A DNA stretch of 64,000 bases from positions 2,464,001-2,528,000 of the forward strand of contig OZ243913.1 of the NCBI GenBank assembly GCA_965213705.1, read 5' to 3'. Positions 63,146-64,000 of this stretch are shown here, piece by piece. The stretch is from Trueperaceae bacterium (GTDB lineage Bacteria; Deinococcota; Deinococci; Deinococcales; Trueperaceae). A program made the translations under genes and the position numbers. How positions within the stretch are numbered: the stretch's first letter is position 1; each line of letters opens with the position of its first letter. The notes under the pieces are model-generated. The model was not told the origin of the DNA. It ran no database searches and worked only from the letters and a program-made list of their open reading frames with translations.

Positions 63146-64000
63146 ATGCCGGACGCGGTAGAAATGCTGGAGACGGTAAGCCGCAACGTCGTAACGGTGG
63201 ACGGGCGGCGCGGTTACGCGCTGAGCGGTGTGGTTTACCGCGTCGACCTGGTCGTGACGACCAGTCGCGCGGTCGAAGAGGAGGCGGTGCAGGTCGGGAC
63301 GGCGGACGGCCGCACGCTGAGCGCGACCCTGGTCGGGCACGACCCGGCGACGGACTTGGCACTGCTCAGGCTTGACGGAACGGAGGTGGAAGGGGCAGGG
63401 CTCGAGCCCGCTACCTGGGCCGAAACGGACGCCCTCAAAGTCGGCCAGACCGTCTACCGCGTGGGCCGCTCCGGCGACACGCTCCGGGCTACGAAAGGGA
63501 TTCTCGGCGGCTTGGGCGGCGTTTGGCACACGGCCTGGGGCGGGCGCTTGGACGCGCGAATCTACACCGACGCCGCCACCTTTCGCGGCTTTTCGGGCGG
63601 ACCGCTGGTTACCCTGAACGGTGAGGTTCTCGGGCTGAACACGGCGGCGCTGAACCGCGTGGGCGACGCGGTCGTTCCGAGCGCGACGGTAAAACGTGTG
63701 GTAGGGGCGCTGCTCGAGCACGGCCGGGTGCGCCGGGGCTACCTTGGCTTGGGGGGCCAAAGTGTGCGGTTGCCCGCCGAGACGCGCGAGCGCTTGGGCC
63801 AGCGCGCGGGATTGCTGGTCGTTTCGGTCGAACCTGGCAGCCCAGCTGAGAACGCAGGCCTCGTCCTGGGCGACACTTTGTTGAAGTTCGGCGGCGCGGC
63901 GGTGTACCGGTCGGAACACCTACTGGCGGGGTTGGACGAAACCCGGGTCGGCAAAGCTGTGGAAGTCGAGCTTCTGCGCGGCGGTGAGCTTCAGTCGTTG
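63146..64000 (+). CDS. S1C/HtrA-like trypsin domain + PDZ (runs off window)
   Basis: AGGAGG + ATG; DPATDLAL, GFSGGPL, RGYLG, GSPA..AG; missed by the ORF track because no stop lies inside the window. Confidence 0.88.
   Translation, partial: MPDAVEMLETVSRNVVTVDGRRGYALSGVVYRVDLVVTTSRAVEEEAVQVGTADGRTLSATLVGHDPATDLALLRLDGTEVEGAGLEPATWAETDALKVGQTVYRVGRSGDTLRATKGILGGLGGVWHTAWGGRLDARIYTDAATFRGFSGGPLVTLNGEVLGLNTAALNRVGDAVVPSATVKRVVGALLEHGRVRRGYLGLGGQSVRLPAETRERLGQRAGLLVVSVEPGSPAENAGLVLGDTLLKFGGAAVYRSEHLLAGLDETRVGKAVEVELLRGGELQSL

Overview
This 64-kb window is GC-rich bacterial chromosome, most likely Deinococcota and Truepera-like. The evidence is a DnaE with the Deinococcus-Thermus-specific insert, a PriA with degenerate helicase motifs, and many leaderless genes with TAnnnT 5-7 nt before the start codon. 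Most genes are housekeeping: smc 3' end, dnaE, pilT/U, thrS, priA, purM, msrA, split methylmalonyl-CoA mutase, mutY, trmJ, rpsT and a sirtuin. Envelope proteins and two-component remnants fill much of the rest. Three signals stand out. (1) A lone 350-aa tyrosine recombinase has an 11-6-11 palindromic site (GTGAAAA-N6-TTTTCAC) directly upstream, the layout of single-recombinase dif systems. (2) An unannotated ~48-bp AT-rich repeat occurs four times in the first 17 kb. One copy lies left of that site in one orientation and three lie right of it in the other, and two sit between convergent genes. It is a candidate polar terminus, fork-trap or chromosome-organisation site. (3) An accessory patch between the two mutase subunits holds a textbook integron attC site in front of a toxin-antitoxin pair, a synonymous-diverged remnant of the mutase small-subunit 5' end, and an IS1 with an 8-bp target duplication splitting a methyltransferase. 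CTCGAG is highly iterated in native DNA (about 120 copies by manual count). All calls come from reading the sequence; no searches were run.
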